A model generated the notes under the pieces. It was given only the letters and a program-made list of their open reading frames with translations. It searched no databases and had not been told where the DNA came from. 64,000 bases of DNA from an uncultured Alphaproteobacteria bacterium (GTDB taxonomy: Bacteria > Pseudomonadota > Alphaproteobacteria > Rhizobiales > JACESI01): assembly GCA_938034375.1 (NCBI GenBank), contig CALHLB010000030.1, forward strand, positions 1,220-65,219, read 5' to 3'. This document shows positions 10,056-20,728 of the stretch, piece by piece (position 1 is the first letter of the stretch; each line of letters starts with the position of its first letter). The position numbers were made by a program, and so were the translations under genes.

Positions 10056-10124
10056 GTTTAAACCTTTTTATAAGCCTGCAGTCTCTCATGCATCACTGTT
10101 GATCGTGTGATGCATGAGAAAGAT

Positions 10125-11159
10125 ATGTCTGGTCAAACGGTTAAAATTATCGGGGCGGGTGTGGCAGGTCTAACTGCTGCATCAGAGCTTTTGGAGGCGG
10201 GCTTTAATGTGACCCTTTATGATAAGGGCGCGCATATTGGCAATCATGCCTGTTCCTGGTTTGCGGGGGGGATGTTAGCGCCTTGGTGCGAATTTGAAAG
10301 CGCGGATGAGCCTGTATTGAGGTTGGGGCGTGAGGCGCTTGAATGGTGGAAAAAACGCGTGTCAGGCCTTGAGTATAAAGGTAGTCTTGTTGTTGTCAAA
10401 CCCCGTGATATGGCAGATTTAAAACGTTTTTCCAATATGACGGAAAATTTCAAATGGATTGAAGAAGATGAAGTTTCTTGCTTGGAACCGGATTTATCGG
10501 GCCGATTTAGAAAAGCGCTTTTTTTTGGAGATGAGGCGCATTTAAACCCGCGCGATGCTTTGTTGGATTTAACAAATTATATTAAAAATCTTGGCGGTAA
10601 AATTATTTTTGAAGAAGATGGGTATAATGCACCTGAGGCTGATTTTACTGTCGATGCAACGGGTATGGCTGCGTGCAAGGTTTTGACCGAATTGCGCGGT
10701 GTTAAAGGGGAAATGCTTATCATCAAAACTAACGAGGTGGTTTTATCTCGTCCGGTACGGCTTATTCATCCGCGCATTCCGCTTTATATTGTACCGCGGT
10801 TTGATGGGCATTTTATGGTGGGGGCAACCATGATTGAAAGCGGTGAGCGTGGACGGATTACAGCGCGTTCAATGATTGAGCTCTTATCAGCAGCCTATGC
10901 GCTTCATCCGGCTTTTGGAGAGGCGGAAGTTATTGAAATTGGCACCGACGTTCGTCCAGCCTTTCCAGATAATTTGCCACGTCTTACAAAAAAAGCTGGT
11001 ATTTATTATTTAAACGGGCTTTACCGTCATGGTTATTTGTTGGCGCCTGCATTGGCAGGCATGTTGAAAAATGTGCTACTTGGCGCTGATGAAGCGGAGT
11101 TTTATGTTAAGGAAGAGGGGCAAGTCGATGACATTAACCATCAATGGAAAAGTGCTTGA
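10125..11159 (+). CDS. thiO: glycine oxidase ThiO (FAD-dependent)
   Basis: VKIIGAGVAGLTAA dinucleotide-binding motif. First gene of thiOSG(E). The frame is open from GTG 10107 or ATG 10110; ATG 10125 was chosen because GAGAAAG precedes it. Confidence 0.85.
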   Translation: MSGQTVKIIGAGVAGLTAASELLEAGFNVTLYDKGAHIGNHACSWFAGGMLAPWCEFESADEPVLRLGREALEWWKKRVSGLEYKGSLVVVKPRDMADLKRFSNMTENFKWIEEDEVSCLEPDLSGRFRKALFFGDEAHLNPRDALLDLTNYIKNLGGKIIFEEDGYNAPEADFTVDATGMAACKVLTELRGVKGEMLIIKTNEVVLSRPVRLIHPRIPLYIVPRFDGHFMVGATMIESGERGRITARSMIELLSAAYALHPAFGEAEVIEIGTDVRPAFPDNLPRLTKKAGIYYLNGLYRHGYLLAPALAGMLKNVLLGADEAEFYVKEEGQVDDINHQWKSA

Positions 11160-11325
11160 AACACTGGCGCTTAATCTTGAAATGCTTCTTGAAGAATTAG
11201 GCTATGAAGATGCACTTGTTGCAACAGCCTTGAACGGGGATTTTATCTCGCATGAATTACGCGATATGACATCTCTTCAACCTGGCGATAAAGTTGAAAT
11301 TTTAGCGCCGATGAAGGGAGGGTGA
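11128..11325 (+). CDS. thiS: sulfur carrier protein ThiS
   Basis: 65 aa, MTLTINGK...ILAPMKGG, with the C-terminal GG typical of ThiS. Overlaps the thiO 3' end. Confidence 0.85.
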   Translation: MTLTINGKVLETLALNLEMLLEELGYEDALVATALNGDFISHELRDMTSLQPGDKVEILAPMKGG

Positions 11326-11329
11326 GGGG

Positions 11330-12100
11330 ATGGTTGAGTTTTATGGCCAAGCTTGCACCTCTCGTTTTATGTTGGGAACGTCGCTTTATCCTTCCCCAGC
11401 AATTATGAAACAGGCGATTGAGGCGAGCAGGGCAGATATTTTAACGGTTTCTTTACGACGTGAATCAGGGCAGGAACGGGCAGGGCAGGATTTTTGGCAT
11501 ATTATTCGCTCTATGGGGAAAAAAATTCTTCCTAATACAGCGGGGTGCCATTCCGCTAAGGAAGCGATTACAACGGCACATATGGCGCGGGAAGTCTTTG
11601 GCACCAAATGGATTAAGCTGGAAGTTATTGGCGAGGCCGACACATTGCAACCAGATGTTTTTGGTTTGGTTGAAGCTGCCCGTGAATTGAATAAAGAAGG
11701 GTTTGAGGTTTTTCCCTATACAACGGATGATTTGGTAGTGGCGGAACGCTTGCTGGAGGCTGGTTGTGAAGTTTTAATGCCATGGGGCGCTCCTATCGGT
11801 TCAGGAAAGGGGCTGAATAATCAATTTGCCCTTAAAGCGCTACGTGCGCATTTTCCAGATATTCCGCTGGTTGTTGATGCTGGTATTGGTAAGCCTTCAC
11901 ATGCTATGGAAGCGATGGAGCTTGGCTATGATGCCATTTTGTTAAATACGGCTGTTGCGAAAGCTGGCAATCCGGTTTTGATGGCAAAAGCCTTTGGTAT
12001 TGCAATTGAAGCTGGTCGGCTAGCCTATGAGGCAACCCCTATGGAAGGGCGTGATATGGCGGCGCCTTCAACACCCGTTTTAGGTATGGCTTTTTCTTAA
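11330..12100 (+). CDS. thiG: thiazole synthase ThiG
   Basis: [49 protein letters not shown]. Confidence 0.95.
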   Translation: MVEFYGQACTSRFMLGTSLYPSPAIMKQAIEASRADILTVSLRRESGQERAGQDFWHIIRSMGKKILPNTAGCHSAKEAITTAHMAREVFGTKWIKLEVIGEADTLQPDVFGLVEAARELNKEGFEVFPYTTDDLVVAERLLEAGCEVLMPWGAPIGSGKGLNNQFALKALRAHFPDIPLVVDAGIGKPSHAMEAMELGYDAILLNTAVAKAGNPVLMAKAFGIAIEAGRLAYEATPMEGRDMAAPSTPVLGMAFS

Positions 12101-12101
12101 G

Positions 12102-12734
12102 ATGAAAAAAATGAAATTTGATCCATTTTATCCAATCGTTGATAAATCAGACTGGCTGCCAAGGTTTTTGCCCCTTGGCATTAAATTGGTGCAGCTGCGT
12201 ATGAAAGACAGATTTGGCGCTGTGCCTGATGAAAAAACAAGGCGGCAGGAAATTATAAAATCCCGTGATGTGTGTGCAAAATACCAATGTCAACTTATCA
12301 TCAATGATTTTTGGCAAATGGCTCTTGAAGAAAAGTGCGATTTTATTCATTTGGGGCAGGAAGATTTAGATCAGGCTGATTTATCAGCCATTCGAAAGGC
12401 TGGTATAAAGCTTGGCGTTTCAACTCATAATGAAGAAGAGTTGGAACGTGCTTTGTCTGTTAATCCAGATTATATTGCCCTTGGGCCTATTTATCCAACC
12501 ATTTTGAAAGAAATGAAGTGGGAGCCGCAAGGCCTTGAAAAAATAACCCGCTGGAAGAAGTTGGTTGGCGATAAGCCGCTATGTGCTATTGGTGGTTTAA
12601 GTGTTGACCGGGTTGAGGGTGTTATGAATGCGGGCGCGGATATGGCTTGTGTTGTGACAGACATTATTATGAATGATAATCCTGAAAAACGCTGTGAAAC
12701 CTGGCTTGAAATGACGCGTCGTTATGTTGAATAA
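12102..12734 (+). CDS. thiE: thiamine-phosphate synthase ThiE
   Basis: LVQLRMKD, IINDFWQMA, HLGQEDL, AIGGL. Last gene of the thi operon. Confidence 0.88.
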   Translation: MKKMKFDPFYPIVDKSDWLPRFLPLGIKLVQLRMKDRFGAVPDEKTRRQEIIKSRDVCAKYQCQLIINDFWQMALEEKCDFIHLGQEDLDQADLSAIRKAGIKLGVSTHNEEELERALSVNPDYIALGPIYPTILKEMKWEPQGLEKITRWKKLVGDKPLCAIGGLSVDRVEGVMNAGADMACVVTDIIMNDNPEKRCETWLEMTRRYVE

Positions 12735-12906
12735 TTAGTGGGTGGGGCCTTGGGGTTCGATATTTTCTAATTTGACAACCTAATCCTTTTAAGTGGTTGA
12801 GCTATATATAAAATGACATACTGTTTTATATCTCTATTTACGCTCAGCTTTTCTTTTAAACTGATTATCACTTTAAAAGGCTTATGCTTTATATTTTGAG
12901 GGCTTT

Positions 12907-13344
12907 ATGATGATGACGGTGGTTTCCGGAATTTTAACCGAGTACGGGCATGAATTGCCTGTTCGGGTTTATTTTGAAGATACGGACTTTACTGGTATTG
13001 TTTATCACGCCCGATATGTTCAGTTTTTTGAGCGGGGACGTTCAGATTTTCTGCGCTTAAAGGGGTTTAATCACATTGCTCTGGAAGAGGGGCAATTGGG
13101 TGAGCCGCTGTTTTTTGTTGTTAAAAATCTTGCACTTGATTTTCATGGCTCAGCAAAAATTGATGATCTGCTAACAATTCAAACCAAAATTGAAGAAATG
13201 CGCGGGGCGCGTCTTATTATGGCGCAAAAAGCTTTGCTTGCGGGGGAAAAATTGGTTTCAGGTCGCGTTACGGTGGTGCTTGTTGATGGGCGCGGAAAGC
13301 CAAAAAGATTGCCGCAGAAGCTTCTTCACAGTTTTCTTACTTAA
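12907..13344 (+). CDS. ybgC: tol-pal-associated acyl-CoA thioesterase YbgC (4HBT fold)
   Basis: VRVYFEDTDFTGIVYHARYVQFFERGR. Sits immediately upstream of tolQ. Confidence 0.82.
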   Translation: MMMTVVSGILTEYGHELPVRVYFEDTDFTGIVYHARYVQFFERGRSDFLRLKGFNHIALEEGQLGEPLFFVVKNLALDFHGSAKIDDLLTIQTKIEEMRGARLIMAQKALLAGEKLVSGRVTVVLVDGRGKPKRLPQKLLHSFLT

Positions 13345-13544
13345 TTTGGCTTTATGCTTGTTCATTCCATAACCATTTATTAACTATAAAATGGGCTTTT
13401 AGGGTTGAATACCTGTGATTTTACAAGTTTTTGCTCTTGCCGTTGTTCTGCCAAATTTTACATAGAAGAACACAAGAATAACAAAATGGGTAATCTTACC
13501 CTGGAAAATCAGGGTTTACCGATTGATTTAAGGAACAGTTAAGA

Positions 13545-14261
13545 ATGGCAAGTGCTGCTGAAATTACCGAAATTGCGCTACACTCCCCAGGTGATATTTC
13601 TTTAACGAGCCTTTTTTGGCAGGCCCACATTGTTGTGAAACTTGTTATGTTGGGTTTGCTTTTTGCCTCTATCTGGAGTTGGGCAATTATTGTTGATAAG
13701 GTTATTCTCTATAACCGCATGAAAAAACAGCTTGATCGATTTGAAAGTGTTTTCTGGTCGGGTCAATCCTTGGAAGAGCTTTATCAATCTCTTTCAACGC
13801 GCACGACCCATGGCATGGCCGCGCTTTTTGTTGCGGCTATGAAAGAATGGAAAAAGTCTCATGAAACGGGTTCTAATTCTTTTCTTGGTCTGCAAACACG
13901 TCTGGATAAAATTTTGGACGTGACCATTGCCCGTGAAGCAGAAAGACTGGAAAGTCGCCTGTTATTTCTAGCAAGTGTTGGTTCTGCTGGGCCGTTTGTC
14001 GGTCTTTTTGGTACTGTTTGGGGTATTATGCAATCTTTCCAGGCGATTGCAGCTTCCAAAAATACGAGTTTGGCTGTTGTTGCACCAGGCATTGCCGAGG
14101 CGCTTTTGGCTACAGCTATTGGGTTGGCTGCCGCTATTCCTGCTGTTATTGCCTATAATAAGCTTTCTTCATCTGCTGGTAAATTAACTGGACGTATGGA
14201 AGGCTTTGCAGATGAGTTTTCTGCCATTTTATCCCGCCAGATTGATGAACGGCGTTCTTAA
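13545..14261 (+). CDS. tolQ: Tol-Pal system protein TolQ
   Basis: MotA/TolQ/ExbB signature: SVGSAGPFVGLFGTVWGIMQSF, APGIAEALLATAIGL. Confidence 0.92.
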   Translation: MASAAEITEIALHSPGDISLTSLFWQAHIVVKLVMLGLLFASIWSWAIIVDKVILYNRMKKQLDRFESVFWSGQSLEELYQSLSTRTTHGMAALFVAAMKEWKKSHETGSNSFLGLQTRLDKILDVTIAREAERLESRLLFLASVGSAGPFVGLFGTVWGIMQSFQAIAASKNTSLAVVAPGIAEALLATAIGLAAAIPAVIAYNKLSSSAGKLTGRMEGFADEFSAILSRQIDERRS

Positions 14262-14292
14262 ACAGAATTCGACTTAAAAGGATTTTATTCAT

Positions 14293-14751
14293 ATGGGTAT
14301 GTCTGTTGGAACATCCAGAGGAGGCGGAAGGCGAGGTAGACGTGGCAGGCGTCACGATCAGCCGATTAGTGAAATTAATGTTACGCCTTTTGTTGATGTA
14401 ATGTTGGTTCTTCTGATTGTCTTTATGGTTGCAGCGCCTTTGCTAACTTCAGGCGTGCCTGTTGATTTACCAAAAAGTTCTGCTGCTCCTTTAAACCTTG
14501 ATACAAAGCCGATAACGGTTTCTATTGATAGTGAAGGAAAGCTTTTTTTGCAGGAAGACGAGATTTCAGAAGAGGAATTAATTGCAAAGCTTGCGACAAT
14601 TGCTGATGGTGGTGCTGGCCTTGAGGAACGTATTTTAGTGCGTGGTGATAAAACATCCAATTATGGTGTTGTTTTGCGTATTATGGGAAAAATCAGTGCT
14701 GCAGGGTATAAAAAAATTGGTCTTGTTTCTCTAAAGGAGGCTGGTAGCTAA
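14293..14751 (+). CDS. tolR: Tol-Pal system protein TolR (ExbD family)
   Basis: INVTPFVDVMLVLLIVFM, then a periplasmic domain. Confidence 0.9.
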   Translation: MGMSVGTSRGGGRRGRRGRRHDQPISEINVTPFVDVMLVLLIVFMVAAPLLTSGVPVDLPKSSAAPLNLDTKPITVSIDSEGKLFLQEDEISEEELIAKLATIADGGAGLEERILVRGDKTSNYGVVLRIMGKISAAGYKKIGLVSLKEAGS

Positions 14752-14754
14752 ACC

Positions 14755-15834
14755 ATGCGCGGCATTGGTCCTCTTGTTTCTGTTGGTGGTCATGCTGCCT
14801 TTTTGCTTTGGGGTCTGGTTTCCTTTGCGCCTGAACCGTTGGAAGCTGATTTTTCAGAAGCTTTGCCCGTGGAATTTGTTACAATTTCTGAGGTTAGGGA
14901 TTTAACTAAAGGGGTGCGGGATGAAAAGGAAATTATTAAAAGCGAGGAGACGGTAAAATCGCCCGATAATGCACGTGGTGAAATTTCGAAAACACCTGGA
15001 CCGGCTGAAAAACCCGTTGAGGAGGCTAGGCCGGTTCCCGTTGACAATCAGGAAGAGAGGGCTGTTGAAAAAACACCAGAACCTGCTTTGCCAGAACCAA
15101 CACCTAATATTACAGAACCAAAGGAAGTCGTGGAAGCGCCCCTAGCGCCAAAACCACCTTTGGCACCACCTGAACGCCAGCAAAAAGTTCCTGAAACTGC
15201 AAAGCCAGAACCAGAAGTCGTTAAGCCGGATCCTGTTGAGGAGTCGGAACCTGTGGAAGAAAAAGATCCATTGGCTGATTTAATTAATGAGGTTGAAGAA
15301 GAGAATACGCCAGAGGAAGTTGAAAAACAGATTGAAACGACCCAACAGACTGAAAATCAACAAGAAACGGTTCAACCAGCGCCCCCTTCAGCTCCTGCAC
15401 CGCGCTTAAACCCGCGCCCGAAAACAAAAACAGCGGCGGTGCGTCCTGATTTGTTGGATAAGAAGAAGGCGGCAACCAATGCCGGTGGTAGGCCTCCTAA
15501 AAAAGCATCTCTTGGCACCAAAACGGGTAGGCAAGGAGCAAAATTAACGCAGACTGAACTTGATGGGTTGCGTGATGCTATTCAAAGATGCTGGGCACTG
15601 CCGCCTGGCTATTCTGCCGGACAGGATTTTAGCGCCAAGGTTAAAACCAGACTTACAAGGGATGGGCGCGTGGATGGTCGTGTTCAAATTATTAGCGTAA
15701 ATGGATTTCAGGGAGGGCCATCCCTCCTTGTTAAAAATGCTGTCAAAGTTGCGATTGAAAAATGTCAACCTTATAAACTGCCGGCCGGCAAATATGCAGA
15801 ATGGCAAAACCTTGAAGTCACATTTTATCCATAA
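14755..15834 (+). CDS. tolA: cell envelope integrity protein TolA
   Basis: N-terminal TM segment, long P/E/K-rich linker and a small C-terminal domain. Position between tolR and tolB. Confidence 0.75.
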   Translation: MRGIGPLVSVGGHAAFLLWGLVSFAPEPLEADFSEALPVEFVTISEVRDLTKGVRDEKEIIKSEETVKSPDNARGEISKTPGPAEKPVEEARPVPVDNQEERAVEKTPEPALPEPTPNITEPKEVVEAPLAPKPPLAPPERQQKVPETAKPEPEVVKPDPVEESEPVEEKDPLADLINEVEEENTPEEVEKQIETTQQTENQQETVQPAPPSAPAPRLNPRPKTKTAAVRPDLLDKKKAATNAGGRPPKKASLGTKTGRQGAKLTQTELDGLRDAIQRCWALPPGYSAGQDFSAKVKTRLTRDGRVDGRVQIISVNGFQGGPSLLVKNAVKVAIEKCQPYKLPAGKYAEWQNLEVTFYP

Positions 15835-15886
15835 AGTCGTATAGGGTGCATGTGAGTTGGTTATTTAAGAAAACTGGAGGCGCAAA

Positions 15887-17224
15887 ATGGGAATGTTTAA
15901 TATGTATGAACGGTTTATTGCTTTGAAAAATTTGATGGGCCTTATATTTTTAATTTTGTGCTTGTCCGCCTTTTCGGCTCAATCACAAGTTTCGATTGAA
16001 GTACGTGGGGCTAATGTTGAACCCTTGCCAATTGCTATTCCCCATTTGATCGCTGAAGGGGGGAATGATTATGCAGCCCGAATATCGGATGTTATTGCTG
16101 CAGACCTTGAGCGGTCAGGTTTCTTTAAATCGTTGGATAGGGCAACATTTTTAGAAAAAATTCAAAACCTCAATGTTGCGCCGCGATTTGATGACTGGAA
16201 AGCCATTGACGCCAAAGCCCTTGTAACTGGTTCTGTTGCTTCAAACGGTGGTCAAATTACAGCGCAGTTCAGGTTATGGGATATTTTTGGCTCTGCTCAG
16301 ATTGAAGGCCAACAATTTTCTACATCAGAGAAAAACTGGCGCCGGGTTGCTCATATTATTGCTGATGCGATTTATGAGAAATTAACTGGCGAAAAAGGAT
16401 ATTTTGATACGCGCATTGTTTTTATTGATGAATCTGGATCAAAACAGAACCGTACAAAACGTCTTGCTATTATGGATCAAGATGGTGCAAATGTTCGATA
16501 TTTAACAGATGGTCGTGATTTGGTGTTAACGCCGCGCTTTAGCCCTACAAGTCAGGAAGTCACTTATATGTCGTTTGTACCAGGTGGGCAGCCGAAAGTT
16601 TATCTTTTAAATATTGAAACAGGACAACGTGAAATTGTTGGCAATTTTCCTGGCATGACATTTTCTCCACGTTTTTCTCCAGATGGGGAACGCATTGTAA
16701 TGAGCCTGCAACAGGATGGTAATGCCAATATTTATTCTATGGATTTGCGTTCAGGGGCGACATCACGCATGACCAGCGCGGCTTCTATCGATACATCGCC
16801 CTCTTATTCACCGGATGGTCGCTTTGTCGTTTTTGAATCCGACCGCGGCGGAAAGCAACAACTTTATAAAATGAGTGCTGATGGATCTGGGCAACAACGG
16901 ATTTCTTTTGGAGCCGGGTCCTATTCTACCCCTGTATGGTCTCCGGTCGGTGACTGGATTGCTTTTACAAAACGTGAAGGTGGAAAATTTCTGATTGGTG
17001 TTATGAAGCCGGATGGTTCTGGTGAACGCATATTAACGGAAGGCTTTCATAATGAGGGCCCAACATGGGCGCCTAATGGAAGGGTTTTGATGTTTTTCCG
17101 CGAAAGTGGTGGCTCTAGTGGTGGCCCGAAATTATGGACAGTTGATGTGACCGGTTATAATGAACAGCCTATTCCAACACCTGGTTTTGGATCGGATCCA
17201 GCTTGGTCGCCCCGTATCAATTAG
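15887..17224 (+). CDS. tolB: Tol-Pal system beta-propeller protein TolB
   Basis: Repeated SP.FSPDG / SPSYSPDG / TPVWSP / GPTWAPNG propeller motifs. The exact start is uncertain. Confidence 0.95.
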   Translation: MGMFNMYERFIALKNLMGLIFLILCLSAFSAQSQVSIEVRGANVEPLPIAIPHLIAEGGNDYAARISDVIAADLERSGFFKSLDRATFLEKIQNLNVAPRFDDWKAIDAKALVTGSVASNGGQITAQFRLWDIFGSAQIEGQQFSTSEKNWRRVAHIIADAIYEKLTGEKGYFDTRIVFIDESGSKQNRTKRLAIMDQDGANVRYLTDGRDLVLTPRFSPTSQEVTYMSFVPGGQPKVYLLNIETGQREIVGNFPGMTFSPRFSPDGERIVMSLQQDGNANIYSMDLRSGATSRMTSAASIDTSPSYSPDGRFVVFESDRGGKQQLYKMSADGSGQQRISFGAGSYSTPVWSPVGDWIAFTKREGGKFLIGVMKPDGSGERILTEGFHNEGPTWAPNGRVLMFFRESGGSSGGPKLWTVDVTGYNEQPIPTPGFGSDPAWSPRIN

Positions 17225-17551
17225 GATCAGGGCCTATTAATTAGTTGATGACCCTAAAAGTACTGGTCTAAAATCTTTATGATGAAATTTCTTGGCCCTT
17301 TTGTTTGTTTTCTGAGTTGAAATCTTACAAAAGGGGTTTTCCTTGATTTTTGGCCACCTTTTTGTCACATTTGAGGCGAATGAACAGTGTTGATGCGGTG
17401 GGGGCCTAATAGGCTTTTATGAAAATCATAAAAATTTTATGATTTATTAACCAGTTTTTTGAACCTCGCCTTAACTAGATTTGTCTTATTTCTCTTAACT
17501 ATAAGGTTGGGCTTTAATAAGTTTTTTGGGGTTAGTGGAGAATTACCCGTT

Positions 17552-18055
17552 ATGATAAGTAAATTTCGTCAATCACGCACACTTTCTGTTGTGTTTTTAT
17601 TAACTGCTGCGGTTGCTCTTGGTGCTTGTGCAAAAAAACCAAAGCCGGAAGCGGTTGGCCTTGGGGCCAATTCCAGTGTTGCGACACCTGGTTCGCCTCA
17701 GGATTTTGTCGTTAATGTTGGGGACCGTGTTTTGTTTACAACAGATTCGAGTAACATTTCATCTGATGGGCAACGCGTTTTGGATCGCCAGGCACAATGG
17801 CTTTCTCAATATGGTAGCTATACATTTACAATTGAAGGTCACGCTGATGAACGCGGTACTCGTGAATATAACTTGGCACTTGGTGCGCGCCGGGCAACTG
17901 CTGCCAAGCGTTATCTTGTTTCAAAAGGAATTTCTGCGAGCCGTATCAAGACACTTTCTTTTGGTAAGGAACGCCCTGTTGCTGTTTGTAACGATATTTC
18001 ATGTTGGTCACAAAACCGACGCGCTGTAACAGTTCTTTCAGGTGCGAGCTCATAA
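17552..18055 (+). CDS. pal: peptidoglycan-associated lipoprotein Pal
   Basis: Lipobox LGAC, then OmpA-like IEGHADERGTREYNLALGARRA. Start at MISKFRQ. Confidence 0.9.
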   Translation: MISKFRQSRTLSVVFLLTAAVALGACAKKPKPEAVGLGANSSVATPGSPQDFVVNVGDRVLFTTDSSNISSDGQRVLDRQAQWLSQYGSYTFTIEGHADERGTREYNLALGARRATAAKRYLVSKGISASRIKTLSFGKERPVAVCNDISCWSQNRRAVTVLSGASS

Positions 18056-18083
18056 ACCTTTAGCTGTTAATAAATTTTAAAAA

Positions 18084-18110
18084 AGCGCCGCTTTCATGCG
18101 GCGCTTTTTT
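18084..18110 (+). terminator. Rho-independent terminator after pal
   Basis: AGCGCCGC-tttcat-GCGGCGCT stem-loop followed by TTTTTT. Confidence 0.75.
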
Positions 18111-18212
18111 GGGTTATCTTGTGTTTTGAAATAAACTGTCGAATTATAGTCTAATTCGTCTGCCTTATTGGCTGTTATTGAAAATTAAACACATTCTGGA
18201 TCTTTTGAGGAT

Positions 18213-19283
18213 ATGATGAAACGTTCTATTTTTCTTGTGTTTGGCATATTCTTTGTCACTTCATTGCCTTTAACGGTATATGCGGCTTCATCGTTTGAAG
18301 GGGGTACGCAGCTCTTTCAAACCTCAAATACTTTTCTAATTGGCGATAATACGGGAACGCATTTTGGCAAAATTCCCCTGCCCAAAGAAAGTTTACTGGA
18401 TGGAGGTATTGATTCTTATGAGCAAGGACGGATTGTTGTTGCTCAATCAAGGCGGGAATTGGGGCAGGGTGTTGCAGATAATACTTTGCGTATTGAACAA
18501 TTACAAGAACAATTGCGCCAGCTAACAGGCAAGCTGGAACAATTGCTTTTTGAAAATCAGCGTTTGCAAGAACAAATAGGCCTTATGCAAGAAGACACAG
18601 ATACGCGCCTTCAGGAATTAGAAGGAACGGGAAAAAGGACTGATATTCAGCCGCAAGATGAGAAAAATGTTGCGCGACTTGATGAAGGGGCAGTTGGTGG
18701 CTCGCAAGATGATATTGCTGCAACTATTCATGAAAATACGGGTAATCAGGCGACAAATCATACAACAGGCCCTCTTGATTTATCAAAAGCATTGGGTTCA
18801 CGCCATAGCGCAGATGCTAATTTGCCCGTGAGTGGAGACCCTTTATTGCGGCCTAATGGTATTGCTTCTCTTGGCACGTTAAACCTAGCACCAGATACGA
18901 GTGCAGATGCGCTTTATGATCTTGGTTATAACCAATTACTTAATGGTGATTATGAATTGGCAGAAGGAAATTTACGTCAGTTTTTGCAACGTTATCCAGC
19001 TCATGCTTTAAGTCCGAATGCTCGTTATTGGTTGGGGGAGACTTATTTTGCACGCGGTCAATTTACTGAAGCTGTTAAAGAGTTTTCAAGCAATTACAAA
19101 ACATATCCAGATAGCCATAAAGCGCCCGATAGTCTTCTAAAAATGGGTATTTCTCTGGCCCGTTTACAAGAAAAAGATGCTGCTTGTGCTACTTTGGCTG
19201 AAATGTTGAACCGTTTTCCAAATGCACCCCGCTCAATTCAATCAGAAGCACGAGAAGAACAGGCGCGTTCAAATTGTTCTTAA
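18213..19283 (+). CDS. cpoB: Tol-Pal system protein YbgF/CpoB
   Basis: Signal peptide, coiled coil (LRIEQLQEQLRQLTGKLEQLLFENQRLQEQ), C-terminal TPR (YWLGETYFARGQFTEAVKEF). Confidence 0.82.
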   Translation: MMKRSIFLVFGIFFVTSLPLTVYAASSFEGGTQLFQTSNTFLIGDNTGTHFGKIPLPKESLLDGGIDSYEQGRIVVAQSRRELGQGVADNTLRIEQLQEQLRQLTGKLEQLLFENQRLQEQIGLMQEDTDTRLQELEGTGKRTDIQPQDEKNVARLDEGAVGGSQDDIAATIHENTGNQATNHTTGPLDLSKALGSRHSADANLPVSGDPLLRPNGIASLGTLNLAPDTSADALYDLGYNQLLNGDYELAEGNLRQFLQRYPAHALSPNARYWLGETYFARGQFTEAVKEFSSNYKTYPDSHKAPDSLLKMGISLARLQEKDAACATLAEMLNRFPNAPRSIQSEAREEQARSNCS

Positions 19284-19290
19284 AAATGGC

Positions 19291-20619
19291 TTGAAGCACG
19301 ATTTTTTTCATAACCTCTTATCTTATAATCATTTGGCAATTGCTGTTTCAGGTGGTAGCGATTCTTTAGCGCTTTTGTTGTTACTCAAAAACTGGGTAGA
19401 TGAACATCATAAAGAATTGACTGTTCTAACGGTTAACCATGGCCTGCGAAAAGAATCAGCCCAAGAAGCGCAGTATGTTTCTGATTTATGCAAAACTTTA
19501 AATTTAAAACATCGCGTTTTAAAGTGGCAATCTGAAAAACCCGTGAGCGCTCTTCAACAACAGGCACGAGAGGCGCGCTATGATTTATTGGCGCGTTTTT
19601 GTGTTGAAAAAAAAATACCTGCTTTAGTTTTAGGGCACACGAAAGGTGATCAGGCAGAAACTGTTTTAATGCGGTTGCGGCGGGCAAGACATCATAACCG
19701 TGGATTAGCTGGAATGGCAGAAAAAACGCTTTATCAATTGAATGATAAGCAAAGTGTTTTTCTTATGCGGCCTTTACTAAAGCTTTCAAGAGCCGCGTTG
19801 CGGGATTATTTGCTTCAGCGTGGTATTGTATGGGTTGATGACCCAAGTAATGATGATGTTTGTTTTGAACGTGTTCGACTACGAAGTATTTTGAAAAATG
19901 AGGCAGGCTTGAATGAAAATATTTGTGACTTTGCAGCCCTTACAGGTCGGTATCGAGCGGTTTTAAATAAGGATGCCTCGCATTTTTTAAGTCATTCTTG
20001 CCATTTTTTAAATTCTGGTGTCATTAAATTGGAAAAACCAACCTTTTTAAGGTTTCCCCAACCAGTTAAGATTCTGGTTTTACAGGTTCTTATTTGCATT
20101 CTTGGTGGGCAGAAGTATTTCCAACCTTCCTCAAAAATTTTAAATAGAATTAATAATCAGGAAAACACGACACTTGGAGGCGTTTTTCTTTTCTTTTCAA
20201 GAGAAGCTATTATTCTTGTAAGAGAAATGCGAAATTTACCTTTACCAAAGCTGATACAAAAGCAATCAATTATTTGGGATGGTCGATACCTAATTGATTT
20301 TGATGACTTTTCTTTGAAATTAGATATTTTTTCCGGTTTGGATGTGATGAAACAGTTTCCAGAAGACAGTGAACAGTTTTTTAAGAATAACTGTCGAAAA
20401 TTGAGGGGATATGAAAAACAGGGATTTTCAACGATGCCATGGGGACGGATTTATGATACTGATAGTATTGCAAAAGCGTTTTATCCCTTGCCATATATGC
20501 ACTATGATGCTTTGAAAGTAAGGTGTAGTCTTGGTCCGTTTGAGCGTTATTGCGCCAGCTTTGATGAGATGCTTTGCATGGAAGTACAACGTTTATTTAG
20601 CTTCTCTAAGCTTAAATAG
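19291..20619 (+). CDS. tilS: tRNA(Ile)-lysidine synthase TilS
   Basis: PP-loop AVSGGSDSLALL, TVNHGLR. The frame is open from ATG 19222 inside cpoB; the in-frame TTG at 19291, just after the cpoB stop, was preferred. Start uncertain. Confidence 0.82.
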   Translation: MKHDFFHNLLSYNHLAIAVSGGSDSLALLLLLKNWVDEHHKELTVLTVNHGLRKESAQEAQYVSDLCKTLNLKHRVLKWQSEKPVSALQQQAREARYDLLARFCVEKKIPALVLGHTKGDQAETVLMRLRRARHHNRGLAGMAEKTLYQLNDKQSVFLMRPLLKLSRAALRDYLLQRGIVWVDDPSNDDVCFERVRLRSILKNEAGLNENICDFAALTGRYRAVLNKDASHFLSHSCHFLNSGVIKLEKPTFLRFPQPVKILVLQVLICILGGQKYFQPSSKILNRINNQENTTLGGVFLFFSREAIILVREMRNLPLPKLIQKQSIIWDGRYLIDFDDFSLKLDIFSGLDVMKQFPEDSEQFFKNNCRKLRGYEKQGFSTMPWGRIYDTDSIAKAFYPLPYMHYDALKVRCSLGPFERYCASFDEMLCMEVQRLFSFSKLK

Positions 20620-20728
20620 ACTTAAAATGATTTTAAGGAAACATTAGGCTTTAATTTGTAGCGGTGTATTCCTATTTAGTTAAAAAGCACCAATTATCAG
20701 GTGTGATGATAATAATGAAGGGTTGTCA

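Noticed and set aside
11071-11127. N-terminal extensions in the ORF track (thiS 84 aa, pal 198 aa, glmM 468 aa, serA 545 aa, rpoH 322 aa, yacG 91 aa, dcp 694 aa, DUF2189 315 aa).
   Set aside because: The conserved family N-termini begin at internal Met codons. The extensions overlap upstream genes or are non-protein-like, so the starts were trimmed.
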